Positions 1-13,034 of a stretch of DNA of 64,000 nt are shown piece after piece; position 1 is the first letter of the stretch; the number at the start of each line of letters is the position of its first letter. Location of the stretch: NCBI RefSeq assembly GCF_003918875.1, contig NW_025767086.1, positions 434,001 through 498,000 on the forward strand, given 5' to 3'. The translations under genes and the position numbers were made by a program. The notes beneath the pieces are model-generated. The model had not been told where the DNA came from. It ran no database searches and worked only from the letters and a program-made list of their open reading frames with translations. The DNA is from Haliotis rubra. Its lineage: Eukaryota.

Positions 1-730
1 AACATCATTATGACGACAGTAGGGGTGGGATGCAAACAGTGGACAAACATCAGTATAATGACAGTAGGGGTGGGATGTGAAAATTGCTTGACGACCAGCC
101 ATTATCATGCCTGTTGTTAGGCGACGTCATAAGGAGCTCAGCTCTTGATGTCCAATCACCTATGGCTCGTTTGAACTTGGGTTCAATATTGACGATATTT
201 CTAACTCACATTCGTCACATGTACCTGTGCCATTATAACATTGTTGAGCACTGACAAAAATGGTCGTCTGGGCAAAGGTCAAGGTCAAATGTCGTCACTC
301 ACAACAGTGATGTCATCTGTTTTGTTGTACATTGTTTCCACATTTGTAAACTGTGTGTCAGTGACCTCTGCTTTAAAACCGATATCGTTATTTTTATTTC
401 ATTAAAAATTCTATCCATTTTAGCTATAATAACAGTAACGCTATTTTTCAGGGCATTATCATTATCACTACTGACACAACATAGTCAGAGTAGGACTAGC
501 TGCTGCAACCTAAACATGTTGGGGGTCAACCTCTCCCATCCTCACATAGAACTAACAGGGACATTTTGAGTCCACATTCATGCTAGGGAACAGACAATCC
601 AAGTCACTGAGTCTGACTTCAGGATCCATTTGGCCGCCTCTCACGTCCAGCACCTGATCTAATCAGGAGTATAAACAGGATCCAAACAGGAACTAATGAT
701 ACAGGAAAGTACTACATATGAGATAACTAC

Positions 731-841
731 CTCTTTTGGTGTGTAATGGAAGTTGGACAGTGCATCAAGCTTGAGGAACAAAGATCTCATGGACTTGCGA
801 ATATTTTCATGCTTAGGATCTTCTTCCTCTCTTTCTTCTTT
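731..841 (-). CDS. MPHOSPH10: MPHOSPH10 exon 9 (...[16 protein letters not shown]); gene continues beyond the left edge
   Basis: [16 protein letters not shown] motif; phase 0/0. Confidence 0.95.
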
Positions 842-932
842 CTGTAACAAGAAACATCAACATCAACAGTAGCTAAAGGACACACAATGACGACAATACA
901 AAACATGGTTGTATTTTGTTTAATGAAATTAC

Positions 933-1076
933 CTCCTCCTTTTGCTGTTTGAGGAATTCCTGTTCATACACGTCGCCAAGACTCTGCTTGCTCTTCTCCT
1001 GGTCCAAGACAATCCTCTTCTTGTACTCGAACACATCCCCTTTAGGCTTCACCTTCCTCTCCACATCATCCCAGGC
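933..1076 (-). CDS. MPHOSPH10: MPHOSPH10 exon 8 (AWDDVERK...[21 protein letters not shown])
   Basis: WDDVERK and KSKxSLxxxYEQE motifs; phase 0/0. Confidence 0.95.
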
Positions 1077-1154
1077 CTGAAACACAAACACACCTGAAGC
1101 ACACTGAGTAAACAGCGTTGTCAAAAGCACACAACAATCGTTGTCCTAGTCAGT

Positions 1155-2480
1155 CACCCATCACAGCCACCCATCCACACCTGCACCCATCATGTCACCC
1201 ATCCACACCTGCACCCATCATGTCACCCATCCACATCTGCACTCATCATGACCAGCCATCCACACCTGCACCCATCATGACTAACCATCCACACCTGCAC
1301 CCATCATGACCACCAATCCAAGCACCATCCACACCTGCACCTATCATGTCCACCCATCCACACCTGCACCCGTCATGACTACCAATCCAAGCACCATCCA
1401 CACCTGCACCCATCATGATCACCCATCCACAGCTGCACCCTTCATGTCCACCCATCCAAACCTGCATCCATCATTACCACCCATCCAAGCACCATCCACA
1501 TCTGCACCCATCACAGCCACCCATCCACACCTGCACCCATCATGACCACCCAACCACACCTGCACCTATCATGACCACCCATCCACACCTGCACCCATCA
1601 TGTCCACCTATCCACACCTGCACCCATCATGACCACCCATCCACACCTGCACCATCATGTCCACCCATCCACACCTGCACCCATCATGTCCACCCATCCA
1701 CACCTGCACCCATCATGTCTACCCATCCACACCTGCACCCATCACGGCCACCCATCCACACCTGCACCCATCATGTCCACCCATCCACACCTGCACACAT
1801 CATGACCACCCATCCACACCTGCACCCATCATGACCACCAATCCACACCTGCACCATCATGACCACCCATCCACACCTGCACCATCATGGCCACCCATCC
1901 ACACCTGCACCATCATGGCCACCCATCCAAACCTGCACCAATCATGACCACCCATCCACACCTGTACCCATCATGTCCACCCATCCACACCTGCACCATC
2001 ACGACCAGCCATCCAAGCACCATCCACACCTGCACCCATCACGGCCACCCATCCACACCTGCACCCATCACGGCCACCCATCCACACCTGCACCCATCAT
2101 GTCCAGCCATCCACACCTGCACCATCATGACCAGCCATCCACACCTGCACCATCATGACCACCCATCCACACTTGCACCATCATGACCACCCATCCACAC
2201 CTGCACCATCATGACCACCCATCCACACCTGCACCATCATGACCACCCATCCACACCTGCACCATCATGACCACCCATCCACACCTGCACCATCATGACC
2301 ACCCATCCACACCTGCACCATCATGACCACCCATCCACACCTGCACCATCATGACCACCCATCGACAACTGTACCATCATGACCACCCATCCACACTTGC
2401 ACCATCATGACCACCCATCCACACCTGCACCATCATGACCACCCAACCAAGCACCATCAACACATGCATCCATATGTCCA
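1155..2480. repeat. Intronic minisatellite, ~27-28 bp unit (ccacccatccacacctgcacc[c]atcatga)
   Basis: Direct tandem copies, near-perfect 27-mers at ~2160-2440 and more variable to the left. Confidence 0.95.
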
Positions 2481-2599
2481 CCTATTCGAGGACATCCACA
2501 TCTTAACCCATCACGTCCAACCATACTGTCATATCATACATTTCTAACTACGAGGTTATAGAGACCTGGCTGTCAATGCCTGTTACTGTTCAGACTCAC

Positions 2600-2667
2600 C
2601 TTGTCCTTAATCCTCTGACGTACGATGTCCTCAATTGATTTGGTTGTCTCTTCTGTCACTACAGGGG
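2600..2667 (-). CDS. MPHOSPH10: MPHOSPH10 exon 7 (APVVTEETTKSIEDIVRQRIKDK)
   Basis: PVxTEETT..EDI..QRI motif; cag/gtgagt boundaries, phase 1/0. Confidence 0.93.
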
Positions 2668-3638
2668 CTGTCAAAAGCAAAACACAAAGTGATTACATAT
2701 ACATACATAACAAGCATGTATTACTCAAAACACCTTAATGATGACTTTCAACATTGAACATACAATACTTATCTAAGAACACTTTCATAATACAAAATCC
2801 ATTTCAGAAAGTGGTAAAATACAACATATGTTATATTTGGAATTACACTTTCTCGTAAAGTACAGACTCTTGCACGGACTGGTTGAGCCCCATCCAGGAT
2901 TCTAACCCACACCTAATTGCCAGCAAGCAAGTCAGCGATCTAACACTCTCAGCCAATGCAGCATTAAAAAATATGGAAGTCTTACAACTGATATTCTAGA
3001 TTACATACTTTGTGTACCCCTCTGACAAGTGATATTTGCCATGGCTCTCAGGCCGAAAGCTATGAACACACAATACCTTTTAGAAAGTTGTCAATCATAA
3101 CATATTCTACATCTTAAACTTTCTCAGTGAAGTACACATTCTAGTACAGATTTTTGGTAAGTTCCTTCCAATTTTCAATAAACATTACTCTCTCATGCAT
3201 TACGCATTCTTTCTTGATAATGCCTTGAAAAGTTCACCTGTCTGTTCAACTAAATCATACAACTACTTACAAACAGACAAACTGTTTCAAGAAACAATTG
3301 TCCTCTTTTGTCAGTTAATGTTTCATAAAACAAGTGTCATAACTAATGAGATACCCTTCCATCATGGCCTCCACACACATGGTGTAAAATTATTACCAAA
3401 ATACTACAAACTATAAAAGCAATGTCTCAAAAGGTTTTGCTGTTATTCTGCTTCCATTCTTTGAATAGATGAGAGTGAAACATCTAGCCACTCTTCCTGC
3501 ATGTCAACCAGGATTATTTTCAGATACTGACCATATAAGCACATATTGATCACTTCTTATTCACTTATTTTTTGTGATGAAAAGATCTGAAACCTATCCT
3601 TGCAGAAGGCTCGCTTAGCAAAGGGAGACAACCCTAAC

Positions 3639-3780
3639 CTGCCCGTGTCGTGACATCAAACTGCAAATGCTCTTCCAGCAGGCTGTTTTCAGGCCTGGCT
3701 GGTCCGGCTACCTCCCCTGACAACTGCCATGTCTTGTCTGCCAGACTTGCCTTTTCTAGATGCTCGATGCGTTTCTTCAA
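3639..3780 (-). CDS. MPHOSPH10: MPHOSPH10 exon 6 (LKKRIEHLEK...WQLSGEVAGPARPENSLLEEHLQFD)
   Basis: WQLxGEV...RPENSLLEE is the Mpp10 core motif; phase 0/1. Confidence 0.95.
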
Positions 3781-4851
3781 CTACCGAACAGACACAGATT
3801 GATGCAGGCAGGTTTTAGACCAACACATGACAAACAGTCACAAGTATAGAGATTTGTCACTTCTATGTAAACAGTCACATGGTTCCTCAAAGAGAATCTT
3901 CGATTAAAACGGGTGTTAAGATTCCCAGCTATTCAGATGAAACATGTCAAAGGTAAACTGACCAGAGTTCTATCAGTCTAACTTACTAACAACTTCTTTG
4001 GAAAGCATTTAGAAGTTGAGGCAGTAAGGAAGGAAAACACTACATGGATGGACAACTGATGTTGTTTGCTTGATAATGGTGATAGAATCTACACCTACAT
4101 GTCACTTTCACTGTACTAAAGAAGTTCTTCATCCATATATTGTTATTCCTGACATACAAACTGACTACTTGACTGATCAGCAAATCCAGCATATATCAGT
4201 GACTTACAGAGTGTTAAACATTTAACTGATAAACAGAAATGCTTTAGAAACAACCAAAACCACTTTGACCTCTTCAATAAACTAGTCCAAATAGTTAAAT
4301 AATACCTGATTCCTTCATATTACAACAGGTACTTACAACACAATAACTGGTTGTTCTTTAACCCTTTTGGAGTAAACAATATCAATCAGTGCACACACGT
4401 TGGGCCTATTAGACAATTCATTACTGCACACCTTACTTGCTTTCCTTTATCCAATGAATAACATTGGTATGTCCAATATACCTGATTTAATGTTATTTCT
4501 AGTAAATATTATATGCTCCATTCAGCTTCATAAGAAACACGCACAGAAGGCTGGTAGTAAACGCTTTTTCATACAGAGAATGCTTGTTACCATATCTACA
4601 CAGTGTTCTTTACACATCTTATCATTCCACCCACACCTGTGACATGGCTTGACTGACATAATTTTGTATGTAACAATAACTTTGGACTGAATTTTAATTT
4701 CTTAGAAAAATATAATACTTCATGTTTACATGTATGTAAGGAGATGGTTTTTGTTGGCCATTATCAGAGATCGCTTTCTATGGAAAACGGACACATATCC
4801 CCATCATCAGCCCTCGTTACTCATTTGTCACGTAACTTAAAGGATATCTAC

Positions 4852-4969
4852 CTTCTCCTGCCTCTTTTCAAAGGTAGACAGAAACTCTGCTTTAGTAGAG
4901 TCCTTGACCTTGTTATTGGCGGCTTCCTCCCGGTCGGATTCCATTTCCTCAGACATGTTGTCTTCTTCA
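4852..4969 (-). CDS. MPHOSPH10: MPHOSPH10 exon 5 (...LSTFEKRQEK)
   Basis: STFEKRQEK motif; cag/gt boundaries, phase 2/0. Confidence 0.9.
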
Positions 4970-5575
4970 CTGTGAAGTCAGGAGTAAATGAGTTATACTT
5001 CACATACACAACACACTGGCTACAGAAGCCAATGTTTATTAGACATTTTACCATGGTAAGGGCTGGGATGGGTAGACATTTTATAAACAAGTACTCAAGG
5101 TAGAATTATCCTAAACCCCACTAGGTAGCTGTTACGTCTATATTTAGCGTTAATACCTTACTTTTGTGAATTTTATTATTGTATTACCTAACAAGTTTTA
5201 CTATAAACAGGTGTATGTCCTGAAAGAGGTTATATGATTAGACTTGTGAGGGAAGGTTGTGCTTCAAACACGATCATCATGATCATAGTGCACAACATAC
5301 AGCTTGAAAATGAAATAGCTGAAGTATTGTTGGAATGATTTTGAACTTAATTTTCAACATCAAGCTGGATTAAAACCACATTCAGCAATAGTGCAGCAAT
5401 GGGATGGCAGTCTGTAAACAACTGAACCAGCTTTGGGGCTACTAACAATCCATTAGGTTGCCTTGTACATCACACTATTGTTGCTTGGCACTATTAAACT
5501 GGAACCCTCACAGCTCAAAATTACCATAAAATGACAGTCAAGTGGAATTCAAGAAACTGTAAAATTTTCAGTCAC

Positions 5576-5679
5576 CTTTCTTTCTCTTCATTTACGAATT
5601 TCACTTTTTTCTTTTTCTCTTTTTTCTCTGGTTCTTCATCAGGAGGGTCGAAGAAATCTTCATACCTCAGCTCTCCTCC
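5576..5679 (-). CDS. MPHOSPH10: MPHOSPH10 exon 4 (GGELRYEDFFDPPDEEPEKKEKKKKVKF)
   Basis: Conserved YxDFFDP motif. Phase 0/2 boundaries fit the neighbouring exons. Confidence 0.88.
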
Positions 5680-5793
5680 CTTGATTGAAGAGAACACTCA
5701 TAACATCATCATCTCACCTACATGTAATGAGCAACAAATTGATAAACAATTCATAAGACAATTATTTTCTTTCTTCTACTAGGTACCAGTAGA

Positions 5794-6080
5794 GACCACC
5801 TCTGTGTGTAGTGGTTCGAGCGTCCGCCCGGAGAGTGGAAGGTCGTGGGTTTGATCCCCGACTGCGTCATACCAAAAGACATTAAAATATGGTACTTGTT
5901 GGTCCCTGCCTGACGCTCTACATTAATGAGTACAACAAGGACTGATCAGTATAATGAATCTTCAGTCTGGGCAAGTACAAGCAGCCGCACATACACATAC
6001 ACACGCATGCATGCATGCACGTCGTCATATGGGCGAAATATAGTCTCAAACACGACGTTGAACCCAATTTCACCTCACCA
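5794..6080 (+). mobile_element. tRNA-derived SINE (family C)
   Basis: A-box/B-box-like head (gtagtggtt...gggtttgatccc) and tcacc tail. A second copy lies on the minus strand at 40500-40864. Confidence 0.8.
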
Positions 6081-6402
6081 GGTACTAGTAGAACCAATAG
6101 ATGAAAAAAGAAATCATGGAGATGGGACCTTTGTGTAAGATTTTTGTAAGAATGCACTTAAATAAATGAGACAAATTACACCCACTCTACTTTAATAATA
6201 ATTTCCACACAACATGTTGGTGCCCCAACTTATACACAGATGGGGTGTGGCCTCCTTGCCTTGTCAAAGCTGTCCTTAGATGCAAAGCAATGTAGTATTC
6301 AAGTACATTCCATGAAATATCACAAAACTGACTTACCGGTTCAGGCTGATATTAAGTCATAGTATTAAAATGAAATTTTTAGAGTAAAATTAATATTTTA
6401 TA

Positions 6403-6585
6403 CTTATCCTGACTCATGCTTATTGCTTGTCTTCTTCTTCTTGCGAACCTAGTGGAACACGTGTATCTCCCAATTGAAGTTCCCTTCAATAAAAAATCAC
6501 TCATTAGTACTCACCACGAGTTAGCTCCCTTCCGCAAGCGCGGGAACGAGGTCGCCACCTGCACCCATGTGCCTCACTCTCTCCT
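6403..6585. repeat. DIRS 3' inverted terminal repeat (with terminal extension 6370-6402)
   Basis: Reverse complement of 12782-13027 (cttatcctgactcatgcttattgcttgtcttc... vs ...gaagacaagcaataagcatgagtcaggataag). Confidence 0.9.
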
Positions 6586-6662
6586 CTTTTTATTTTGAGC
6601 CCGACACTTTATTTTTCCGAAGAAATCCAAAGTGTTTAGTGGGAGGATCGGAGGGCTTACCT

Positions 6663-6744
6663 CATGAGTCAGGATAAGTATAAAATATTAATTTTACTCT
6701 AAAAATTTCATATTTTTCCTTATCCTGACTCATGCTTATTGCTT
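6663..6744. repeat. DIRS internal complementary region (ICR)
   Basis: First part is the reverse complement of 6370-6418; second part is the reverse complement of ~13002-13034. Confidence 0.9.
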
Positions 6745-7352
6745 ATAGAATCCGACGGAACAGGAGGTGGGATTATATATACTTTGGATTTTTAATAATT
6801 AGTGATTTTGAACTGAGATGATTGTAATAACTCTATGGGAACTTCATAAAGGCACTGAACTGAAGAATTCCTGCTGTTAACTTATCAGCTGCCATATAAA
6901 AGGTTATTACAATTTAGTGAAGGTAAAAAAGTATATACAACATTAAGGTAAATTGAAGCCATTAATGTGATAGTATAAACTTCTGAGAGTTTATAGTGAA
7001 TACTTTTATAATGAACCAAAGTATGAAGCTTACAATATGTATATATATAAGCTGTAATAGTACTGTGCTTAAGATATAATATAACTTAAGCTGTATAATA
7101 GTAACCAACTACTTAGAGTTTGTTAACTAATACATGTTATGAATTGAACATGTGACTGAGCTTAAATATTGATAATATAAGCTGAACATATATATAATAG
7201 TAGAACTCCTAGGAGTTGAAACATATATATAGTATGATATAGAATCAAAGTACTGAGCTTAAGATAATAAATTAAACTTAAGCAAAAATTATATATATAG
7301 CATGTAGCTATTAGTACTGTTATGAGATAAGTATAAAATCTGTAAGATCAAC

Positions 7353-8440
7353 TTATCTTCTCCGTGGAACTGTCAACTGTTGAGCGAGGACCATGGGACC
7401 GAAATGGTGGATACCTGAGACATCCTTGGTGGTGATATCTCTCAGATAGTGGTTGGCAAACACCATATCGGATCTCCAAAAACATCCCTCCATAATGGTA
7501 TTCAATGAGCAATTTCCATGTAGAGCGAGAGTTGAGGCTAGCGCTCTAATTTCGTGAGGATTAGAAGCTCTTGGAGGGTCGAGTCCAGCAGCCTTGTAGG
7601 CTCGTAGTATGACAGTTCTGATCCAAATAGAAATTGTAGTACGCGACACTTCTGTCTGTGAAGCGGTGGATATAGGGATAAACAATCTTTTGAATTTCCC
7701 TCTACTTTTCTTGGATCGTTGGAGATATATTTTCAGTGCATACAGGGCAAAGTGATAGGTCCATCGTATCATGCGGTCCAAGTATGGATGAGAGAGCTGG
7801 GACATGGAACAACCTGTCTGGTTGACCTGGCAGTTGATTTTTAGCTATAAAATCCCAGCGAAGTCCCAGATGAGCGATGTTATGAGTATCATCAAAGCGT
7901 GTTCTCTCGTAATCCAAAGCGTGAATCTCAGACATCCTGGCAGCAGTAGCTAATGCTAAAAGGAATAAGGTCTTGTGGGTCAGTGATTCAAACGATGCAG
8001 ATAACAAAGGCTCATAAGCCTCACTTGTGAGGTGTTGGAGTACTATATTTAGATCCCATGCTGGAGCTTGAAACTTCCGTTTCTGGTCTTCCAATCGGAA
8101 CGCTCGTAACAAAGCGAGTAACTCCGGTGTTTTGGTCAATTTGACGCCCGTTCTCATAGTTATGACAGAACTTAAAGCTGCAAGATAAGTGGACAAGGTT
8201 GAGCCTTTTAGATTCTTAGGTTGACGTAGGTAACATAAGAAATCTGCCACTTGAGGATGTGTAGCATATCTGGCTGTAAATCCTTTCTTAGCAGCATAAT
8301 TGACAAAGCTGTGCCATTTGTCATCGTACAAGTTACGAGTTGAGTGACGTAGTGCAAGCGTGACCGCTTTAGCCGCTCTGGCAGAATAACCTCTCTTATT
8401 CAAACATGCCTTGATACAATCCACACGTGAAGTTGGTATG
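7353..8440 (-). pseudogene. DIRS tyrosine recombinase, frameshifted near 7740
   Basis: LLALATAARMSEIHAL (catalytic Arg), HEIR (HxxR) and W...FANHY (catalytic Tyr), split over two ORFs. Confidence 0.9.
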
Positions 8441-10290
8441 CTTCTGGTGTCTTGTGCACTTGTTTGGTGTGCGGATGTATCAATAGATTGGTGCGCAGTG
8501 GGAGCTGAAGTACTGGTTTTCCGATTCCTAGCATGAGATCTGGAAACCACGTTCTCGCAGGCCAGTATGGCGCGACCAAAATGAGATCGAGGCTCTTCGT
8601 TTGACTGATTTTCTGTAAGACTTGTGGTCATTAAGGAGGCGGGAAAGCGTACGCGTTGAGTCCCTCCCACGATATGCTTAGTGCGTCCGTTGCCCATGCT
8701 AATGGGTCTGGCACTGGCGATACGAAGGTTGTCAGTTGTTTGTTGAATCGAGTGGCAAATAGGTCTATCAATGGAGATCCTATTTCCATGATTATTTGAT
8801 TGAATATCTCTGTGTGGAGCATCCATTCTGTCGGTGACGGTTGGTGTGGCCGAGAGAGAGCGTCTGCTAACACATTCTTTGCTCCTGGAATGTGGCACGC
8901 TCTGACATGTATGTTTAGACTGTCGACTAAATCGAACAGTCTGAAACAACGATTGAGTAGGTTTAGTGATCTTGTTGAACCTTGTTTGTTCACATAAAAT
9001 GCCACTGTTGAATTGTTCGTGTGAATCATCAACTGAGCGTTCTGTAGTAAGTTGCTCCAGTGACTTATGGCGTTTATGACTGCTTGCATCTCTAGCAGAT
9101 TTATGTGACATTTGCTCTCTTGGTTGCTCCATAGGCCTGACGCTGTCCTGCCGGGCAAGTTGGGCTCCCCAACCTTTTAGTGACGCTGCGTCTGCGTAGA
9201 GATGTATTTTCGATTCCGGCTCTACTAAGGAGACGCCTGCACAAACATTCAATCTCTTGGTCCACCAGAGTAGATGTGGTTTGACGTAATCTGGTAGACT
9301 GAACGGTAGAGGGTCCTCGAGATGAGCATTGATGAGGACTTGTAATGGACGTAATTGAAGCCTGCCTCTGAGTGTCAAGACTTGAGCTGATGTGAGTAGT
9401 CCCAATAGGCTCTGCCACTGTCGTAGTGGTAACGGAGAGAGTAGGGCTTGAGGAATCAGTTGTTGGATCTTGATCCATCTGTCCTCCGGGACTACTAACC
9501 GATTCTGAGCTGTGAGGAATCGTATACCTAGAAAGTGCAGATCCTGTGTTGGTTTCAGGTCCGACTTGAGTAGATTTACTAACCAACCTAATTGAGTTAG
9601 TAGCTTGATTATAAAGTTCAGCTGTAGTCTGAGACGCTGTGGATCTGGATCCACTTGTATACCGTCATCTAGGTAAAATGCGCTCCGCAGACCTTGACGA
9701 TGTAGGTAAGAGACAATAGGCTTGGTTACTCTTGTGAATACCCAAGGGGCTGAAGTGATTCCGAAGGGAAGTACTTTCCATTGGTAATGTATGCCGCCTA
9801 GGATAAATCTTAGATATTTCCTTGAGCTGGGATGAATCGGAATGTGTAGATATGCGCCTTGCAAATCTATGCTGGCCATGTAATCTAGTGGGTCTAATTA
9901 ATTGTCGGGTTGTGGTAAATGTATCATGCTAAACGCTGGTGGTTTGCATAGATATTCTCTGTTGAAGGTGCTCATGTTGTAAATGAGACGACATACTTCT
10001 CCTTGGAATTCTTTTCGCACTAGGAAAACTGGGGAGTAGAAACCTGGTAATGCGATGTTTCGTTGATCCAGAACTTCTAAGGCCTGTTTGTTTAGCAGAG
10101 ACTGTACTGTTTCTCTTAACATAGGTAGTTGAGCCGGTTGAACGCTGAACCTTGGTGGGTTGACTGTTAACGGCGGCTTGGCCTTGAGTTGTATGAGATA
10201 TCCGTGCTGTAGGATGTTGGATACATAAGGATCTTGTAGTATTCCCCAGTTTTCCCAGTGTAGTTGAAGACGCCCACCCACTTGAGAAGG
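8420..10290 (-). pseudogene. DIRS pol: reverse transcriptase, RNase H and DNA N6-adenine methyltransferase-like domain, with several frameshifts
   Basis: VGGRL start motif; SIDLQGAY, LPFG..SAP and YLDD (RT); ADA..GWG, HINLLEM and HIPG..NVLADALSR (RNase H); IDLFA..N, YAFPP and, in the next frame, ILVAPYWP..WFPDL (MT). Confidence 0.92.
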
Positions 10291-10329
10291 TTGTACTGGA
10301 ACGACTGGGGTGGAAGACTCCAGTCGTTC

Positions 10330-12584
10330 CAACCCTGCCTTTCATCGCTTAAATCCACGGCCACCTCTGGATGATCTGCCTCTCGCTGATCCTCCTCTAA
10401 ATTTGCTGTATGGGCTTAATTTAAAAGAATCCTTGGGATTATTAGCTGCAGCTAGTTTCTTGTCCCTGTGCTCTCTGTAGCCCTGAGAACTGAGCCTTGC
10501 CCGAGTATCTCTGTGCTGACTGTTTAAAGCATGCTCGCTAAGGTATCCATGGATCTAATCATGAGTACCTCTCTGGAATCTTTAGATACTTCTTTGGAGA
10601 CCTTGTTTATGTTGCCACCAAACAGAAAGGCGATGACCATGGAGCTGTGTAAAGAGGCTCTGTGAATTGTTTATTCCAAGAGCAGGAGGCTAGTAGTCCT
10701 TGCCGACGAGTCATGGTAGTAGTTTCAGTAAGCGCCGAAAGGTGTTCTGTAAGAAATTGGTGGTCTTTTTTCTGCATGAGTAGAGCTGAATAGATCATTC
10801 TGTCTTCCTCATCTGTAGAATTCTTGAACTTGGTGATGAGAGTCTCATTAATAGTCCTAGATCTATTTAATCCGAAGAACATCCTTCTGGAAATGGTATC
10901 TAATTGGGCCAGTTTGCAATCGTCTACTCTGTAACTTCTGGACTTGGTATCAGAGATAAGTTGAAAGTTGTCATCAATATCCTGGGCCTTGAAAAAGGGT
11001 TCCATATTATGTCCAGCAAATTTCTTGGCATTGAAGACCGGTAAATGAGTAGATTGGGCTTTAGTGGATTTGGAGTAGACTGTATCTTGTTTAGCTGGTA
11101 CGGCTGCGATTGGGTCAATAGGAGGTAAGGTGATATAATCCACATCATCATCCTTCCTCAGATAAGTCTGAGTTGCATCCTCGTTCTTTGATGGGGAGGC
11201 AAGTTGTAATTCGTTCACCATCCAATATCTTATCTCAGCGTCTGAGAAAATGATACCATCCTCCTCTTCTGACGATGGTCATATTTTCGGAGTCCTAGAT
11301 CTATGGGAAGATCTATGTGAGGACTGTGGAGAACGGACTGATGAGTGGCTAGTGTACGGAGACCTTGGAGAAGATATCCTTCGCGAAGGCTGACGGCTTT
11401 GCGAACGGTGAGGGCTTCGCAAACGCTGTGGGCTTCTCGAACACTGGGGGCTTCGCGAACGCTGGATATTCCGCGAACGCTGGGGGCTTCGTGAAGCTCT
11501 TCTAGGCGAGGTAGAAATGGAACCACTTAGCCTTCGCGTCCTTCGCGAATGTCTCGAAGTCAGTGTCCGAATCGACATGTGAGCTGCTTGCTTCGCGAAC
11601 GACCTCTGTGAATTACAAAGTGGTGCTCGGCGAAGAGCTCCTTCTCCGCGAAGCCTCTCGCAATAGGTGAGGTTCTAGCTCCTTCGCGGAGGTGACCTGG
11701 GATTCCCTATGCAAAGAGCTCGCTCCGGGCTGGGATGCCCTTCGCGGAGAGCGCCGCCTGTGGGCTCTGGGGCCCCACGCTGAAGCCAAGGCGGCTCTGG
11801 GGCCCTGTATGACTTAGTATGGGGTGGGCTCTGGGGCCCGTGGCTCTGGGGCCTCTGTAAACCGTAACGGTCTTCCATCAGCCTCATGATATGGTTGACC
11901 AGGTCGCCTGAGGCGGTTCCGCGCTGATGATGAGGGTTGTCTCTCTGTCAAGGTGACGGACCCTCAGTCAAAATTTCTGGTGACAGCGTAGGCATCTCCG
12001 GGTTGTGTGTTAATCTGCGCTGAGGTGACAGTCGCATGATACCGGACGCTTCTTGTGACGTAATCTCTGAATGATAATCGGAATGTCATCATCATATAAG
12101 GCTAATTCTGTGACTGGTAAAATATCAGAGGCAAAATTATTAGATTTTGTAGACTTCCCTTTGACGCCAGTAGTAGACCTGGGTGTACGAGCGCACAGAA
12201 GATGTGGATGCTTTACTAGTCTTAGACTGAGAAGACGACAGATCTTGAGACGCAGGTCGCTTCTTGGACATAGCAGATCAAGGCCCCACGCTTATCCCCC
12301 GAGGGAAACTTCAGGCATGCCACCAGTCGGTGTATGGTCAGTCAGTCAACAGTTGACAGGGAACATTAATATGTGATCTATTAGCCATGACTGAGATTTG
12401 TTTACTTAGATTTATCTGCCTTCCGCCTAAAAACGGAACATAAATATTTATCAAAGGCAGAAATTGGTAAATTAATACATAATTTACAACGAGAAACAAA
12501 TGAACATGGAGTAATGCAACTAGGGCATTTTAAATGTGGGTCTGTATCAGAGTAACATAGTTTACAATCTGTGCAGATTCTCAT
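10330..12584 (-). pseudogene. DIRS gag-like ORF1, disrupted; N-terminal Cys/His cluster and an RS/SP-rich middle
   Basis: MRICTDCKLCYSDTDPHLKCPSC...CSFVSRCKLC zinc-finger-like start, RSRSPQ repeats, position upstream of pol. Confidence 0.7.
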
Positions 12585-12781
12585 TAACGTAAACTGTTGA
12601 ACAAGCACGCTTAACCGTGAATAAACAGCAGAAACACGATTAATAATCAATGCAAAATTGAATAAGGATACTAGTAACACCTCTATACTAAGTATAAAGA
12701 GGTACTAAACTAAATATAAATAAAGGATATAGTGTGTTGGGAGACACAGGCGCTCCCACGCCCAGCTCACTGGGCTTAAGA

Positions 12782-13034
12782 AGGAGAGAGGAGGCACATG
12801 GTGCAGGTGGCGCAATAAGCCTCAGTGATAAGGAAAAATAAGTATGCTCCTGAAGATTTTATGTTCAGAATATGGAAGGGAGCTAACTCTCTCTTTGGTG
12901 AAGAGTACTAATGAGTGATTTTTATTGAAGGGAACTTCAATTGGGCTGATACACTTCACTGTTCCACTAGGTTCGGGCTTTTGGAAGAAGAAAAAGAAGA
13001 CAAGCAATAAGCATGAGTCAGGATAAGGAAAAAT
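12782..13034. repeat. DIRS 5' inverted terminal repeat, containing a templated insertion at 12813-12873
   Basis: Reverse complement of the left ITR apart from the insertion. Confidence 0.88.

Larger units (their letters stand above)
6370..13034 (-). mobile_element. DIRS1-type tyrosine-recombinase retrotransposon, full-length but decayed, in MPHOSPH10 intron 3 and in the same orientation as the host gene
   Basis: Inverted terminal repeats (6403-6585 vs 12782-13027), internal complementary region (6663-6744), and gag, RT/RNase H, methyltransferase-like and YR coding regions in the canonical DIRS1 order. Confidence 0.95.

Noticed and set aside
1118-2186. His/Pro-rich ORFs
   Set aside because: Translations of an intronic minisatellite in MPHOSPH10.
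8420-8830. Adenine methyltransferase-like domain as a bacterial HGT or restriction-modification system
   Set aside because: It is the standard MT domain of DIRS1 pol in its expected position.
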